Assembly (NCBI GenBank): GCA_021613535.1
Contig: CP075495.1
Span: 3,596,001 to 3,660,000, forward strand
Reading direction: 5' to 3'
DNA: 64,000 nucleotides
Source of the DNA: Adineta vaga
Taxonomy: Eukaryota; Animalia; Rotifera
Shown: positions 11,459 to 25,924 of the stretch, piece after piece
Position numbering within the stretch: position 1 is the stretch's first letter
How the letters are laid out: every line of letters begins with the position of its first letter
Notes under the pieces: model-generated
Seen by the model: only the letters and a program-made list of their open reading frames with translations
What the model was told of the DNA's origin: nothing
Database searches by the model: none
Program-made: the position numbers and the translations under genes

Positions 11459-12735
11459 ATGAACAATAATCTTGTCGAAAGACGTTCATCTTCTGTTAGT
11501 CCAAATGTCACTTCATCAATGATTATCCCTAAATGTGAACCGATTGATAATGAATTCAATCAAAATAATAAACGTCGATTAGGTGAACATTATTCTCATA
11601 ATATAGAACCTCTTCTATCAAATAAACGACAAACTGCAACAAAAAAATCTCAACATACAGATAATAATTCATTAAAATTACCTAACGGACGAAATGAAAG
11701 TATCGATGATCAACAAAAACAAACGGAATCCCATGCATCATCGAACAGTCCGAAAATCGGTACATCAAAATTATTTTCCAACGGTGGAAATATGGATATT
11801 TCTCCATCATCAAACGTTCAACCAAAACCAAGGTAAATTATTTTTCTTCTTTAACAAAAACTAAACCTTCGTTTTTTTCCCTATTTCATAGATTTCTCGA
11901 TGCAAACTCTGATAATTCTATTGTTCGACCACAAGTATCATCTTCACCATTAGGTATCCCACGTCCAGCTAATCCATCACGTTATACAGCTCCTGTCCAT
12001 ATTGATGTTGGCGGTACCATATTTACATCATCATTAGAAACGTTAACACGTTATCCTGATAGTCGTCTATCGAAATTATTCAATGGAACAATTCCGATTG
12101 TATTAGATACTCTCAAACAACATTATTTTATTGATCGTGACGGCAAATTGTTTCGTTATATATTAAATTTTATGCGTTATGGAACATTAGCTTTACCCGA
12201 TCATTTTACGGAATTTCCAGCTCTACTTGAAGAAGCTCGTTACTTTGAATTAACACCATTAATAAATGCGATTGAAGAACGTTTAATAAATCGAAAATCA
12301 TCGAAAACAACGAAACAATCATTATCAAATACTAATCATGATCTCATATCATTAAATATAAGTCAAGATCGTATTTTAATCAGTGGAAATATCATTTTAA
12401 TTCATGATCTTTTTCCTGAAATTCAACAACAACAACAGCAACAAATAACAACATTACATGCACACGTTGAACGAAATCAATTTATACGTTTTACATTAAA
12501 TGCTTTTATTAATCTAACACAATTGGAAATCTTTCAACGATTATTAAATTCGAAATTTCAAATTCTTTCGTCAACATGTGGAACAAGTATTGATACAATG
12601 ACACAATTTAGTGAATATATTTTCTCACGATTATCATCAATAACAAAGAAATCTATTCAAAATTTATGTGAAAATGGTACAGAAACTGATGATAATGATG
12701 ATGACGATGAAGAAGAAGACGACACATATAACTGA
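11459..12735 (+). CDS. KCTD15: BTB/POZ domain protein, KCTD1/KCTD15 family
   Basis: Exons 11459-11832 and 11892-12735. APVHIDVGGTIFTSSLETLTRYPDSRLSKLFNGTIPIVLDTLKQHYFIDRDG is the KCTD1/15 T1-BTB signature; C-terminal QFSEYIFSR. Confidence 0.92.
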
Positions 12736-13124
12736 CATTCATCTTGTTTTCTTTCTCTCTTTTTTTTTGTCAAAAAACGGTGAATATTATTTCGTAACGA
12801 ATAATGATGTAAATAAATATCGTTTGATTTTCAGTTTATTTAAATGATCAGTCAGCGAATGATTTTCTATCTTTTTCCTACGAGAATAAACAAATTCTTT
12901 ATTGAATATTTCTTTTATTGTACGCATTCGCAAAAGAATATGCATAACAAAAAATCTTGTGTCATTTTCGTCATAGTTGATCGATGAACAGGACGGAGAA
13001 AGAGAGAGAGAGAAAAAGAAGCGCGAGACCTCATTGATACTTATTGAAGTACACATTACGACTCATTCATTTTTTTTTCTCTTTTCATACACGTGATATA
13101 TAATGATGCGTATCTGACTAACAA

Positions 13125-14591
13125 ATGAATTTTTCTTCGAAACATTCGTCAAATACTCGTTGGAATCAACGTGGAAGAATATATTTTATCTTATTTCAAT
13201 GGCCACAACGAATTCATTTCTATATTATTTTTCTTAGTCTTTTTATCACATGTTGTATTTCCTATCGACAACCCTATGGTCTTTTATTCAGTCTAAAACA
13301 TGTTAATTTTCAAATGTCATCAACTGAATTCGTCCGTGATCAACTAATAAATGAACACAAACAACAACAAAAACTTGCAGTCGAATGGATGGATAAATTC
13401 ATAACAGATCCTAGTAAATATCCACATTTAATGTCAAATTTAACTCATCAAATATATTTCTATGATTATATTCATCCGACAACTTCTTCAGCTTATTCAT
13501 TACTTAATAAACGTAAACAAATATCGATGAATACAACAAATCATATTGTTATATCAATACTCTATGGTAAACAAGATACAGATCATCGTGAAGGAAAATT
13601 TTATATTGGTCAAATTCTTTATCATCTTTTGAAATATTCTCATCCACGTTTTCTTATAACTTTATGTGAAAATAATAATACAAATGAACAAATATCCGAT
13701 GGAATTAAACTTATTCGACAAATTTTTCCAGTTTTTATTGTCAATAGTATTTCTACATCATCAACAACTATCAATACATATGAACGAGAAAAACAAGCAC
13801 ATTTACAATGTATTCTAGCAAATTTTCAATCATTTCCAAATTTAAATCATCTTTTATTACTTCAAGATGATGCCGAACCAATTCATAAAGATTTTTCATA
13901 TCAATTAATCAAATTAATTGATGATCGTATTCAACAACAATGGCCATTAAATAATCATCATCGACAACAACCAGCATTTATTAAAATCTATCATCCACGA
14001 TGGTTAATTAGTTATCTATATCCATCTGTTTATTTAATCACTCAATTAATTGCAACTAGTCTTCTATTTACATTTATTGGTTATAGTTTTTATAAATTAT
14101 TTATTGAAGTAAGTTTAACTGATTGATTAAAATGAAATCTAGTTTATTTGTTTTTTAAGGAAAAAAACGATATGAAACATTATCCTACAAGAATATCATT
14201 CAATAATTCTATCTTTCTTCCAGAAATAATCAATCGAACTTTGATTTATTTCATTGCCTATTTTCTACTTATTCTAATTCTTTTGATTTTAATTGATCAT
14301 TCAAATCTTTCGTGGACATGGCGTTCATTTCATCCATCATTCTATGCAATCTATCCAGCACCTTCATGTTGTTTACCTGGTGTACTTTATTTTCGACAAA
14401 CTTATACTCAAGTTACTGATTATTTAAATCAAGTTCAATGTCATAGTAAATATGCTATCGATACAGCATTTGATGATTTACCTAGACGTACAAATCTTCG
14501 AACGTATCTTGTTGAACCAAATTTAGTACATCATATTGGTCTTTATTCGAGACTTCGCCGAACATATATTAATCCATATTTACTTGATTGA
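13125..14591 (+). CDS. PGAP4: GPI GalNAc transferase PGAP4/TMEM246-like
   Basis: Two exons. N-terminal TM, YEREK, LLLLQDDA, FIKIYHP, an internal TM pair, PAPSCCLPGVLY, D...D and LVEPNLVHHIG. Confidence 0.85.
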
Positions 14592-14861
14592 ATTGCTTCA
14601 ATTGTTCAGAAATTAGAACATTCTTTTTCTAAATAAAATTGTCAGATGATGATTCAATTGTTTGGAATAAAATAGTCGTTGAAAATGTGATATGACGAAG
14701 TTTACAGGAGAAAAGAGAGATATTGATCATTATAAACTATGTCGATTCATTTCGTTTTAAAAAGATGTCTTCACGACTAATTAGAAACTTGACTACATGA
14801 ATTGTTCATAATTTAACCGCTTTACAAGTTTATCATATATCAAATAGATAGATTTTAAACA

Positions 14862-17800
14862 ATGATTCAATCATCAGTACCATTAGCTGAAGATAAAGAA
14901 ACAAGTGATGAACATGATCATGTACTTATTACAGAATATTTAACAGGTACGAATAAGACTATCATAGAAGAACATAATACTATTGCTGTTAGTCCAAATG
15001 ATCATCGATGGTATCGGTAAGTGAAATGAATATTATGTTAAGATGTTTTATGATGATTTAATGTTCATACAGATTGATTGAATTACGAAATGGTTTACGT
15101 TGTATGTTAGTAACAAATAATTTACATGAAGATGATGAAGAAGAACAAGAAGATGACAAAAGTGATACAGATGATACAGAGTAAGTTGAGAAAAAGATTT
15201 TTGTTTTTTGAATGTTTTAACATAGAATTTCTGTTCTATGATAGTGATAAACTAATTTCTTCCGATGTTGAAGAAGCATTTTTACAATATCATATGGTGA
15301 ATAATTCTTCATTGAACATGAGTGAATGATGAAAAAAGATATTCTTCTATTTTGTCGTTTTAGACAACTGTTGCCTTACGTATTCCAGCTGGTTCTCTTC
15401 TTGATCCTACAAATTTACAAGGTCTTGCTCATTTAACTGAACATTGTATGTTTTCTCACGAAAATATTGCTCAATTATTCACTTTTATTCTGATTTAAGT
15501 ACTTTTTTCTAGTTCATCGAAATATCCTGAAATTAATTGTCTCGATACATTCGTTTCTTATCATGGTGGAACAATTCATGCATATACAGAACTTGAATTT
15601 GTTCGTAAAATTTAATTTGATCAAACGATTTCTATCATCTTTTTTTTATCTTGCTTCGTAGACTGTGATTATTATTGAAATATCATCGAATCGTATTGTA
15701 GAAACACTTGATATTCTTATTCATGCATTAATTGATCCTTTAATGTTATCTGAAACGATTCATGAACAAATACAAATATTGAACGATGAATATACTATTG
15801 CACAAACTGATGATCATTATCGAGCAACACGATTACTTGCACATTTAGCAAGAGATGATCATCCAATAAAACAATTTTCTTGGGGTAGAAAACTTTGTGA
15901 ATAGTTTCTTTTTTAAAATCACAAAGTTTCATTTTAGGAAATCAAAAGAGTTTAAACGAATTTATTGAACATAAGAATCTTAGTGAATTATTAAAGAAAT
16001 TCGTGAAAGAACGTTATTATTTACCCGAAGGAATAAGTCTTGTTATGATATCAAATGGTAAGAACAATGAAACTAAAAAGATAAATTTCATATTCTCTCT
16101 TCAAGAATCATTTCGAATAATGCAACAACGTATAGAACGATTATTTTGTCTAATGAAACGAAGGTTTACGATGAAAATCATTGATAAATAGCTATTTTTT
16201 TTATTCAATTTTAGTTTTAAAATATTACCGGATTATATTAGTTTGAAAAATCCATGGAATACAGATGATTTTCAAAAATTTCATCTTGGTAAGTATGAAT
16301 TATATAGTTTAATATTCTTCTGTTGTTCTTTTTTGTTTAGTATATCCATTCGAAGATATCCATCAATTACGTATATCATTTCCACTTGTTTCTATTGATG
16401 AATCATGGAAAATTAAACCAGAAGATTACATTCGATTTATTTTTGCACATGAAGCACCAGGAAGTTTAAATAGTTATTTAAAAACTAAGTACGAAATTAT
16501 ATTTGAAAAACCAAACTTAATTATGTAACAACTTTCGAAGATTATGGACATATCATATTGATTTTGATCTTGGTGATTCACAATTGTATCACAATTCAGC
16601 TTCATCATTATTTACTATGATTTTACATCTAACACGACAAGGTCTGAAAAATATACAATCAGTAAATGTTTTCTTTCTTGTTTTGATCATTTGTTAACAT
16701 TATTTTCATGAACAATTTAGATCATTGATTCCGTATTTGAAGCTATATATCTTCTTAAACGTCTTGGACCACTAAAACGTGTTTATGATGATATGCAATT
16801 AGCAGATTTACATGCATTTCTTTTCCAAGAAAAAGTCTGTGATCGATTTGTATTTATCCTTGATAGAATCATTTGTTGTAGAAAGATACGATATCATATG
16901 CAGATACAATTGTTCGAAATCTTCGAAAATATCCGTCCTTATTTGTTCTATTTGGTCATGATTTACATTTACAATTTGAACCTGTGGTATTTATTTATTT
17001 ATATTTAATTCTTTTGTTTAATTCTTTAAATATTTAGACGATTTTTAAAACAATCAATTCTTTAGACCCACGTACATGTAATATCATGTTAATTTCAAAA
17101 TTATCTTTACCTTATTGTGATCAATTGGAACCTTGGTTTAATATTAAATATGGTCAATTTGGTAATAAACTATCATCAATAAAATAAATTTCATAGACTT
17201 AATTTTTCTTATAGAGATTCCAAATCATTGGATTTCATATTGGCTTAGTAAATCTACATCTTTCTTTTGAATATGATTCACTATTTTTATCTTAGATCCA
17301 AATTCAAATCCTGCTTTAACAATACCTGATTCAAGTCAATATTTAGCAGTAGATTTCTCTATTAAACCATATGATCTTCCATCCAATGAAGTAAACATTA
17401 TATTTTATAATCGAATCATTTCTATTCCACCGAAAAAAAAACAACCTTCTTTTAGATTCCAATAATTCTATTAAAAGAAGAGTTCGGTACATTGTGGTAT
17501 TTTCGAAATCAACAAAATTTACCAAAAGGTTCGATATATCTTTATTTAAAATAATCATTCATTCGTAATCAACAAAATTCTCTTATTTTCTATTTAGCTT
17601 TCTTTTATCTTCATTTTTTATCACCATATGTTAATTTATCTCCACAACAGTAAAGCATTGATTTTGCATATTCATTCGAAGATGATATCAATTGTTTCTT
17701 TCTAGTTCATGTTTATTCGATCTTTATACATTAATAATCAATTCATTATTAAAAGCTCATGCATATCCAGGCAAAGCATCTCATATTTCTATCAATTTCT

Positions 17801-19810
17801 TTCCAACAGATACTGGTTTAATATTGAAATTAACAGGTTTTAATCAACATTTATCGAAATATCTCGAAGCAGTCTTGCATGTGATTTATAATTTTCCAAT
17901 TAATGAAGAAGGAACTATTTCATGGAAACAAGAATTGAAAGATCAATATTTTCGTGAATTGAATCTTTCCAAAAAACTAATCAAGTAAAGAAGTGTTGTT
18001 ATTTCTCACCAATAAATCAGAGATTGAATTTTCGATTTAGACATGTACGATTGTATTTAACGAAAGGTGTTTGGTGGCCAGTATTTGAAAAATTTCAATT
18101 TCTTGATGCGATTACTCATAAACAAATAATCGACTTTTCAATATTATTTCGTACATATTTAACAGTTGATTTACTCGTGGCAGGGAACATGACTGCAGAG
18201 GTTCGTTTTCATTTTTTATCCTACGTAATAAATAAATGCCAAGATGCCGTACAGCATTTAGTATTCATTAACCCCTTTGTGTATACATTATATCGTTTTG
18301 TTTTTAGGAATCTAAAGAATTGTTTCATACTACTCAAAACATACTTGAACTAGGTCCTGTAGCAAAAATTTTACTTCCTTCAGTAATTATTCTATTGTCG
18401 AAAACATCAACATGATCAATAATTCATTTCTATTAAAGTTACGAGCCATACAATTACCTCCTCAAGCGAGTCTAGTGAAAATTGCCAGTTATCAATCGAC
18501 TGATTGTGCTACGCATATGTTGATTTTTTTTGAACATGGTCTCACTTCCATTCGAGATTATGTTCTTCTAGAAATTCTTGCTGAAACTATTCAAGAATCA
18601 CTTGAAGATTATTTACAATCTACTGGACAAAATCATTTTACATGTAATAGTATGTTGAATATTGATACACCTCTTTCATTTTCTTTATCTAAACAATTTC
18701 AATTCACTTCTAGTTACACTACGTGATACTTATGGTGTTGTTTCCCTTCAAATTGAATTGTAAGAATTAGTTGATATTTAATTAGAAATAATCATTCATC
18801 GTTGTTTGTAGAATATTTTCATCTGAAATTTATAATTCATTGGTAAAATTGATAGAAATAGATTTCCTTCTTGTTAATGACTTTTGATCAAATAGGATGT
18901 TGTTGATTATGTCTCGAAATTTTTTATTCTTTTCAAAGATTTAATTATGGAAACAACCAAAGTTGAATTTGATCGATTGATAACGATGTTTAAAAATGGT
19001 AATTACTGAATATTCTCTTCAATATCTATCCTTTTTGTTCTTTTAGCTAAACAAAATCTTGATAATTCTTTACAAACATGTGTAGATCGATATTGGACAG
19101 AAATTCTATTAAATTCTTTTATCTTCGATCGAAATAATCAAGAAGTAAAATTTAAATAATCCTTAATTTCCCAGTAAATTGTCTTCTCTTTTCGATAGCG
19201 AGATGCACTTGAAACTTTAACTGTGAATGATATGCAAGAATGGTATAATGAACATTTGATTGCATCAACTCGTCGTCAATTGATTATTATTGTTTGTTCA
19301 AATGATGAAATACGATCAACATCAACAGGCATTGTTATAAATAAGACTACACATTCAATGACCTATGATAATCAACGAAATCGACATAGTAGACGATCAA
19401 GTTTTGGTATGCCAGCAGAACGTTTGCCACGACTTGGACGTCGAACAGATATAATGGAAGATATTGATTATGAACATATGTCATTATTACAATCAAAATC
19501 CGAATCTAAATTACGTTGTTTAACAACAAAACGTAAACATAAGATTGATCTACGTGCAACTAAAAGTGAAACATTCCATACCAATCAACCATTTAATTAT
19601 CCTGACGATCGAATGAAACTTGATTATATTATCAAATCATTCGAATCTATTGAAATTCAAGATGATGAAAATAAGAATCAATTTGAAAAATCATTACAAA
19701 TTTTAGTTGAAACTAATTCAAATGAAATAAAGAAATCTTATATATTTATACATAATTTGAAAGAATTTAAAGACTCATGTTTGTTGTATAATGTTACATG
19801 TATCAAATAA
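14862..19810 (+). CDS. NRDC: M16A metallopeptidase, nardilysin-like
   Basis: SPNDHRWYRLIELRNGLRCMLV, an acidic insert (EDDEEEQEDDKSDTDD), inverted Zn motif GLAHLTEH, HPIKQFSWGN and HEAPGSL. Many short introns. Confidence 0.85.
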
Positions 19811-20154
19811 AAAAAACAAGATCTATTGATGTTGTGAAGAATTGAACAATAGAAATTGTCGACATTAGATTCTATATTTTCGTTGGATAGTTACTACACA
19901 CTAAAATGAAATGAATGTTTGTTTCCGCATCTCAATCAATATACACAGGCGTCATCTATGAAACATCCATACATTATCTAGCCAACATGTCCAATGCAAT
20001 AATTGATCACTTTTACTACTGACTGTTCTGTTCGTTCTGTTTTCTTTCTTTTTTTTTATGATTCTTCTTCTAGTCGATAAATGTAACTTGTGATTTATTC
20101 TTATCGTGTTATTCTATACATTTAAGTATCATTATCATTCTTCATGAAACAAAT

Positions 20155-20902
20155 ATGGATATGGAACAACTATCAGCAAAATCGCCATTAAAACGTCGTC
20201 GACTTTTATTTAGTAAAGCTAAATTAAAAGCAGTTTCACGGACAAGTGCTTTACTTTCCGGATTTGCCATGGTCAGTGATTTGTTTTTCTTGTATGTATC
20301 GAGTGAATATCGTCATCTAATCGAGGCGGTTTTTTTTCTCGTTCTTTCATTTCAATAGGTAGCTATGGTAGAAATATCATTAGATGATCATAAAAATTCC
20401 AAAGGTTCAGGGCCATTATTAGTCGTCTATTCAACCATAACATGTCTTCTTGTTGGTGTGCATTTATTAGCATTAATGATTAGTACTTGTATATTACCAC
20501 AATTGGAAGCCGATAGTTTACTTGGTTATGAAGAATATGAATCACATGAAACAATGCATATTTATATAGAATTAGCATGGATATTAAGTACTGGATTTGG
20601 TAAGAATTTCCCTTTTTTTTTCTTTTTCTATAAAAAATGATTTGCTTTCGTTTTGTTTTAGGTATCTTTTTATTTCTAGTAGAAATAGCGATTGTTTGTT
20701 GGGTGAAATTTTATTATGTAACACGACCACTGCAATTGCAACAACGATAGTTATTGTACCAGTTATTATCTTATTTTGTATATTTTCATTACATTTCTAT
20801 CGACGTCTTGTCTCATTTAAATTGAGTCGTCATCAAGATGAATTAAATGAAATTGAAAATACTTTAACAGTTGGAAAACTTGCCCAAGCGAATGTTGTTT
20901 AA
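20155..20902 (+). CDS. ORAI: CRAC channel subunit Orai
   Basis: KAKLKAVSRTSALLSGFAM|VAMVE, VHLLALMISTCILP, YIELAWILST|GIFLFLVEIA. Three exons. Confidence 0.95.
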
Positions 20903-21485
20903 TTAAACAAATAAATAACTCAAGTTCTTCTATGGATTTTTCTTTCTTTGACATCTATAATCTCATATGATAAATTTAATATTTAATTTTGTGAAGTTTG
21001 TTTGTTTTTTTCGTGTGCATGTTTAAAAATATATTATACATTTGTAGAATTGAATTGTGATGATAATAATAACAAGAGAAGAAGAAGAAAAAGAAAAATA
21101 AATCTAATTGTTAGAGAAGGATAATGTAATTCTACATAAAGTACAATCGATTTCAAACATTGTTAAATGAATAGATTCTTATTCTTTCATCTGCAATATG
21201 ATTACAATAACATGAATGTCTACATTTTACCTAAAGGTTGTCTTCTCTATAGTGATTATTTGTGTCTTGTCTCTATATCCTTCTGATATAAGGTTTCTTA
21301 TCGATTATATTGATGTAACAAAGGACATCTTTTCGATGAGGAAAATGTCAGAAAAAGGCGAGAATATATATGATCGATCTGTTATTGTAAACAAATAATT
21401 GTTGAAAAGTCACGAACTTATCTTCTTATTCTTTTTTTTATAAAACCAGACGATTTTTATTATTTGTTACATTTTATCTTAGAAA

Positions 21486-23704
21486 ATGTTGTTCTCCATC
21501 TTAGTATTACTAATGACAGTAGATATTTCGTTCTCTGTTCGACCAAATATAACTAGTTGTATACCGAAATTAACGCAGAAGAATACAACGATGATTTTAA
21601 ATAATCTTCGTCGTGAGATGCAAAATGTAGGTATTGGAATTTATGTTATTTTTTCTGGTGATGAACATGGAAGTGAAGATACTCAAGATTATGATAAACG
21701 GCGAGATTGGATTACAGGATTTCGTGGTTCATCTGGCGTAGCAGTTGTTACGTTACAAACAGCAGCTTTATGGACTGATAGTCGGTATTTTACTCAAGCT
21801 GAAGACGAACTAGATTGTGCTAATTGGCTTTTAATGAGAGATAGAAGTGCAGGCATACCAACTCTTACGAAATGGTTATTGACAACAGCAAATCAAACAG
21901 ATCTGGTATGATATTTTGAACATCGATGATGTATCATATAGTTCGTTTTTTTCTATATACTTTGCATCAATTAGCCATCAGGTGCAACAACTGTATTTAT
22001 TCCTTCATCTTGGTGGACTGCAGCTAATAAAGCCTTGAAAGAAATTGGTAAACAACTAAAATCTGTTGACGATCTGGTTGGTCGTATCTGGCCGTACGAA
22101 GAGCGTCCAAAATCATTACAAAACCCCATCGTCAAACATAATCTTAAATATGCTGGAAAAACTGTTGCACAAAAACTACGGCTAACAACAATGCAACTGA
22201 GATATCGTGGTGCAACAGCAACTATTATCAGTGCTCTAGATGAAATTGCATGGCAATTCAATTTACGTGGTGCAGATATTCCATATAATCCGTTTTTTAA
22301 GTCCTACGCAATTATTTATATTGATTATGGACAAAATCAACCAGAATTATTCGTTAATTTACGTCAACTTAATAGTACTACGTATCCTATTGGTGTGAAA
22401 GTCTATGATTACACTATGTTCTGGTCGTATTTGAATCGAACAGTGACAGATGCATCTGTAAAGAAAATTTGGATTAGTCCACAAGTGTCCCAAGCTATAT
22501 ATGGCTCAATTCCTAGTAAAAAATTACTATTACCTTTATTGAATTCTCCTGTTGAACATGTCAAAGCACAAAAGAATCCAATTGAACAAAAAGGAATGCG
22601 AGATTGTCAAATTCGAGATTCTGTTGTTCGTCTAAAACATCTTGGCTGGATAGAAGAACAATTACGAAATGGAATATCGATTAACGAAACCAGTTCAGCT
22701 GATCAATTACTTATCTATCAAAAACAACAGGACAAATTTCAATTTCCAAGTTTTCATGCTATTTCAGCATCTGGTGAAAATGCTGCTATTGTTCACTATT
22801 CACCTGAACCAAGAACAGCTCGATTAATCACAAAAAATCAAGTTTATTTATTAGATGTAAGTTATTCATAATAGTACAAGTTTTCTTATCTGTTTTTTTT
22901 TGTTATCTTAAAATAAGGCCGGTAGTCAATATCTTGATTGTACAACTGATATAACACGAACACATCATTTTGGTACTCCAAAAGATTTAGAAAAACGTGT
23001 TTATACTCGAGTTCTTCAGGGTGTACTTGATATTGCTGATGCCGTTTTTCCTCCTGGTACCTACGGTCGATCTATCGATTATCTCGGTCGTATGTATCTA
23101 TTTCGAGATGGAATGATCTATGGACATTCAACAGGGTTTGTCATCTTTTTATATTCGCTCAGAATACTTCGTATTTGTTTTGTTTTGTTTTGATAGGCAT
23201 GGTATTGGCCATTTCTTAAGTGTTCATGAAGGTCCACAAAATATCGGATCCACTTATGATCAATATGAAGAACCGTTAGCTGAAGGAGTTTTTATTTCGG
23301 ATGAACCAGGATTTTATAAAGTACATGATTTTGGTGTACGTATAGAAAATGACATGGAAGTTGTACCAGCTAATTATAGTATTTATCACGATGAACAATT
23401 TCTACGTTTTCAAACAATTACATATCTTCCTTATGAACGTTCACTTATCGATGTTAGTTTGTTAACAATTGCACAATATAATGCAATCAATAAATATCAT
23501 AAAATTGTTGCAAAAAAGCTCGAACCATTACTGAAAGATGATGAAGCAGCTTTAAAAGCATTACGTTCTCGTACAGCTAAATTAGATCCTCATCCATCGA
23601 CAACGACGATAGTTTCAATTTCAATACGAAAAAATAACGTTTTTAATATTATTAGTTCACCTTTTCTTATCATTTTGATAATAAGTTTTATCTTTCTATT
23701 TTGA
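21486..23704 (+). CDS. Xaa-Pro aminopeptidase P, secreted/GPI-anchored type (XPNPEP2-like)
   Basis: Signal peptide, DEHGSE, WTDSRYFTQA, LLD|AGSQYLDCTTDITRT, HGIGHFLSVHEGP, SDEPGFY, GVRIEN and a hydrophobic C-terminal tail. Confidence 0.93.
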
Positions 23705-24074
23705 ATAAAGATCGGTTTTTATAATATGAGTATATCTCCTTGCCGTACTACGACATCTGTAGATTTGAAAAACAAACTAAACTACCAATCGGGTCTTATG
23801 AGATGAAATTCCTTCTCCTTACTTTACTATTTATTCATCAGTCACATATATATATATATATATTTCCGTCTGAATTCGTTGGTTTTTATTTCTTACAAAC
23901 AATAATCTATTGATATTGGTGTAAACTACGGTCCTGGTTATTATTTAGAATTGATCGTCTGTAAGTGTGGAATCGATTAGGTTCAAAGTACGCGAGAATA
24001 TCAGTCAAGTTTTTATTAATAGAGAATCAGGAAGAAACTATATAGTTATAAGAAAACGGATCCGATTCGAGAGT

Positions 24075-24614
24075 TTATTTCATTTTGTAATTCTTGTCCA
24101 AACGTTTTGTTGTTAATTTTTGATTGTTTTTCATTGATTTATGTGATAATTTAGATTTTATTGATCGATGTGATGCATTATTACTAGTTGCTTTTTTCTT
24201 TGTATACGATGATGTATCTAACAATTGAATTGGTGTCGGTTCTTTGATAAGAGTTGATCTATCTTTAGTTAAAAGTTCATCACCTGCACCTAAATGTTGT
24301 GTTTTTGATGATTGTTGTATGGGAAGATGAACGATTTCAGTAGTGGATAGGATTGATGTTTGTGGCTCTTGATTAGATGTACGTGTTTGATTGTTTGAAA
24401 TGGTCGCAAATTCATCTGCCATTCGTTTAACAGCAATTGAAACTAATTGCCACATTTCTTTCGTTAAATGTCGTTTGGCTAATTTGGTTTCATCATCAAG
24501 ATTTTCCGATATTGTCTGTTTCGTCGAAGAACGATCTATTGAAGATTTCTTTTGTATTTTTCGATGGTTACGATACGAAAGTTTCTTGATTGAATTATTT
24601 CCTCGACGAACCAT
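24075..24614 (-). CDS. Hypothetical basic low-complexity protein, divergent from ETFA
   Basis: 179-aa single-exon ORF starting at ATG, with hydrophilic coding-like composition. No family recognised. Confidence 0.5.
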   Translation of the reverse strand: MVRRGNNSIKKLSYRNHRKIQKKSSIDRSSTKQTISENLDDETKLAKRHLTKEMWQLVSIAVKRMADEFATISNNQTRTSNQEPQTSILSTTEIVHLPIQQSSKTQHLGAGDELLTKDRSTLIKEPTPIQLLDTSSYTKKKATSNNASHRSIKSKLSHKSMKNNQKLTTKRLDKNYKMK

Positions 24615-24710
24615 GGTATTTAAATGATAAAAGAGAAATTAAAACAAAAAATCAAATGATTTCTAGAAAAAGCGCAATAAAATTTCATTTCTACTTTCTT
24701 CTAGATATAA

Positions 24711-25856
24711 ATGTATTCCCGCCATGTTCTTTGTCGTTTGTCCACATCTGCCATTCGTTCGCGTTGTTTTGCTAGTACTCTTGTACTTGCCGAACAAATT
24801 GAAGGTGGTAAACTTGCTCCCATTACATTGAATACGTATATAGTTGTTGATATTGTTATGAAAATCATTTCTAACGTATGCTTTTCTCGATTTAGATTAA
24901 CTGCTGCTGCTCAATTAAAACAAGATATTGATTGTATTATATTTGGTGCAGACAAAACCAGCGAAACAGCTAATGAATTGAAGAAATTTAGTAACTTAAA
25001 TATCAAGAAGATTCTTCTAGCTGAAAATGCAGGATATAAAGGCTTACTTAGTGAATCTGTAACACCAGTTTTACTTGATTTACAAAAGAAAAATAACTAT
25101 ACACATATCTTGGGTGGTTCATCAACATTTACTAAAGGAATTCTACCACGCTTAGCTGCCTTACTTGATGTTCAACCTATATCGGATATAACTAAAGTTA
25201 TTGATAAGTCTCAATATGCTCGATTTATCTATGCTGGAAATGCAATTCTTACATTGAAATCAAATGATTCAATACAGATCATTACTGTACGTGGTACAGC
25301 ATTTGAAGCAGCAAAACAAGGTAGTGGAAATGGTGAAGCACAAATTGAAAAAATCGATGCAACAGTAAAAAATGATTTATCAGAATTTGTTTCACGACAA
25401 GTTCAACAATCTGAACGTCCAGAATTATCCAGTGCACGAATTGTGTTCATATCCCTATATTTTCTGTCCAATTTGATTTGATTTGTTTTTTTTCTATAGA
25501 TCTTCTCGGGTGGTCGTGCTTTAAAAAGCAAAGAAAATTTCAAATTACTCTATGATTTAGCTGATCTTTTTCCAGGTCAAGCAACAGTAGGTGCATCTCG
25601 AGCAGCTGTTGATGCTGGTTATTGTGCCAATGATTTACAAATTGGTCAAACGGGTAAAATCGTTGCACCTGAATTGTACGTTGCTATTGGAATATCGGGT
25701 GCAATTCAACATATTGCCGGAATGAAAGATAGTAAAGTGATCGTTGCCATCAATAAGGATCCCGATTCACCTATATTTGCACTCTCTGATTATGGACTTA
25801 CTGGTGATTTATTTAAAATTCTTCCTGAATTAACAGAAAAGTTAAAGAAAAAATAA
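24711..25856 (+). CDS. ETFA: Electron transfer flavoprotein alpha subunit, mitochondrial
   Basis: Transit peptide, [24 protein letters not shown]|[46 protein letters not shown]. Confidence 0.97.
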
Positions 25857-25924
25857 ACAACTGAATTTATCTTCTCATATTGAATAAATTGTCTTTCTGA
25901 TTATTAGTAATTACTCTTTTTTAG

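Noticed and set aside
21971-22261. Antisense ORFs over coding exons (also 24391, 36348, 52162, 55951, 58148, 60877)
   Set aside because: Shadow frames of well-supported genes on the opposite strand.
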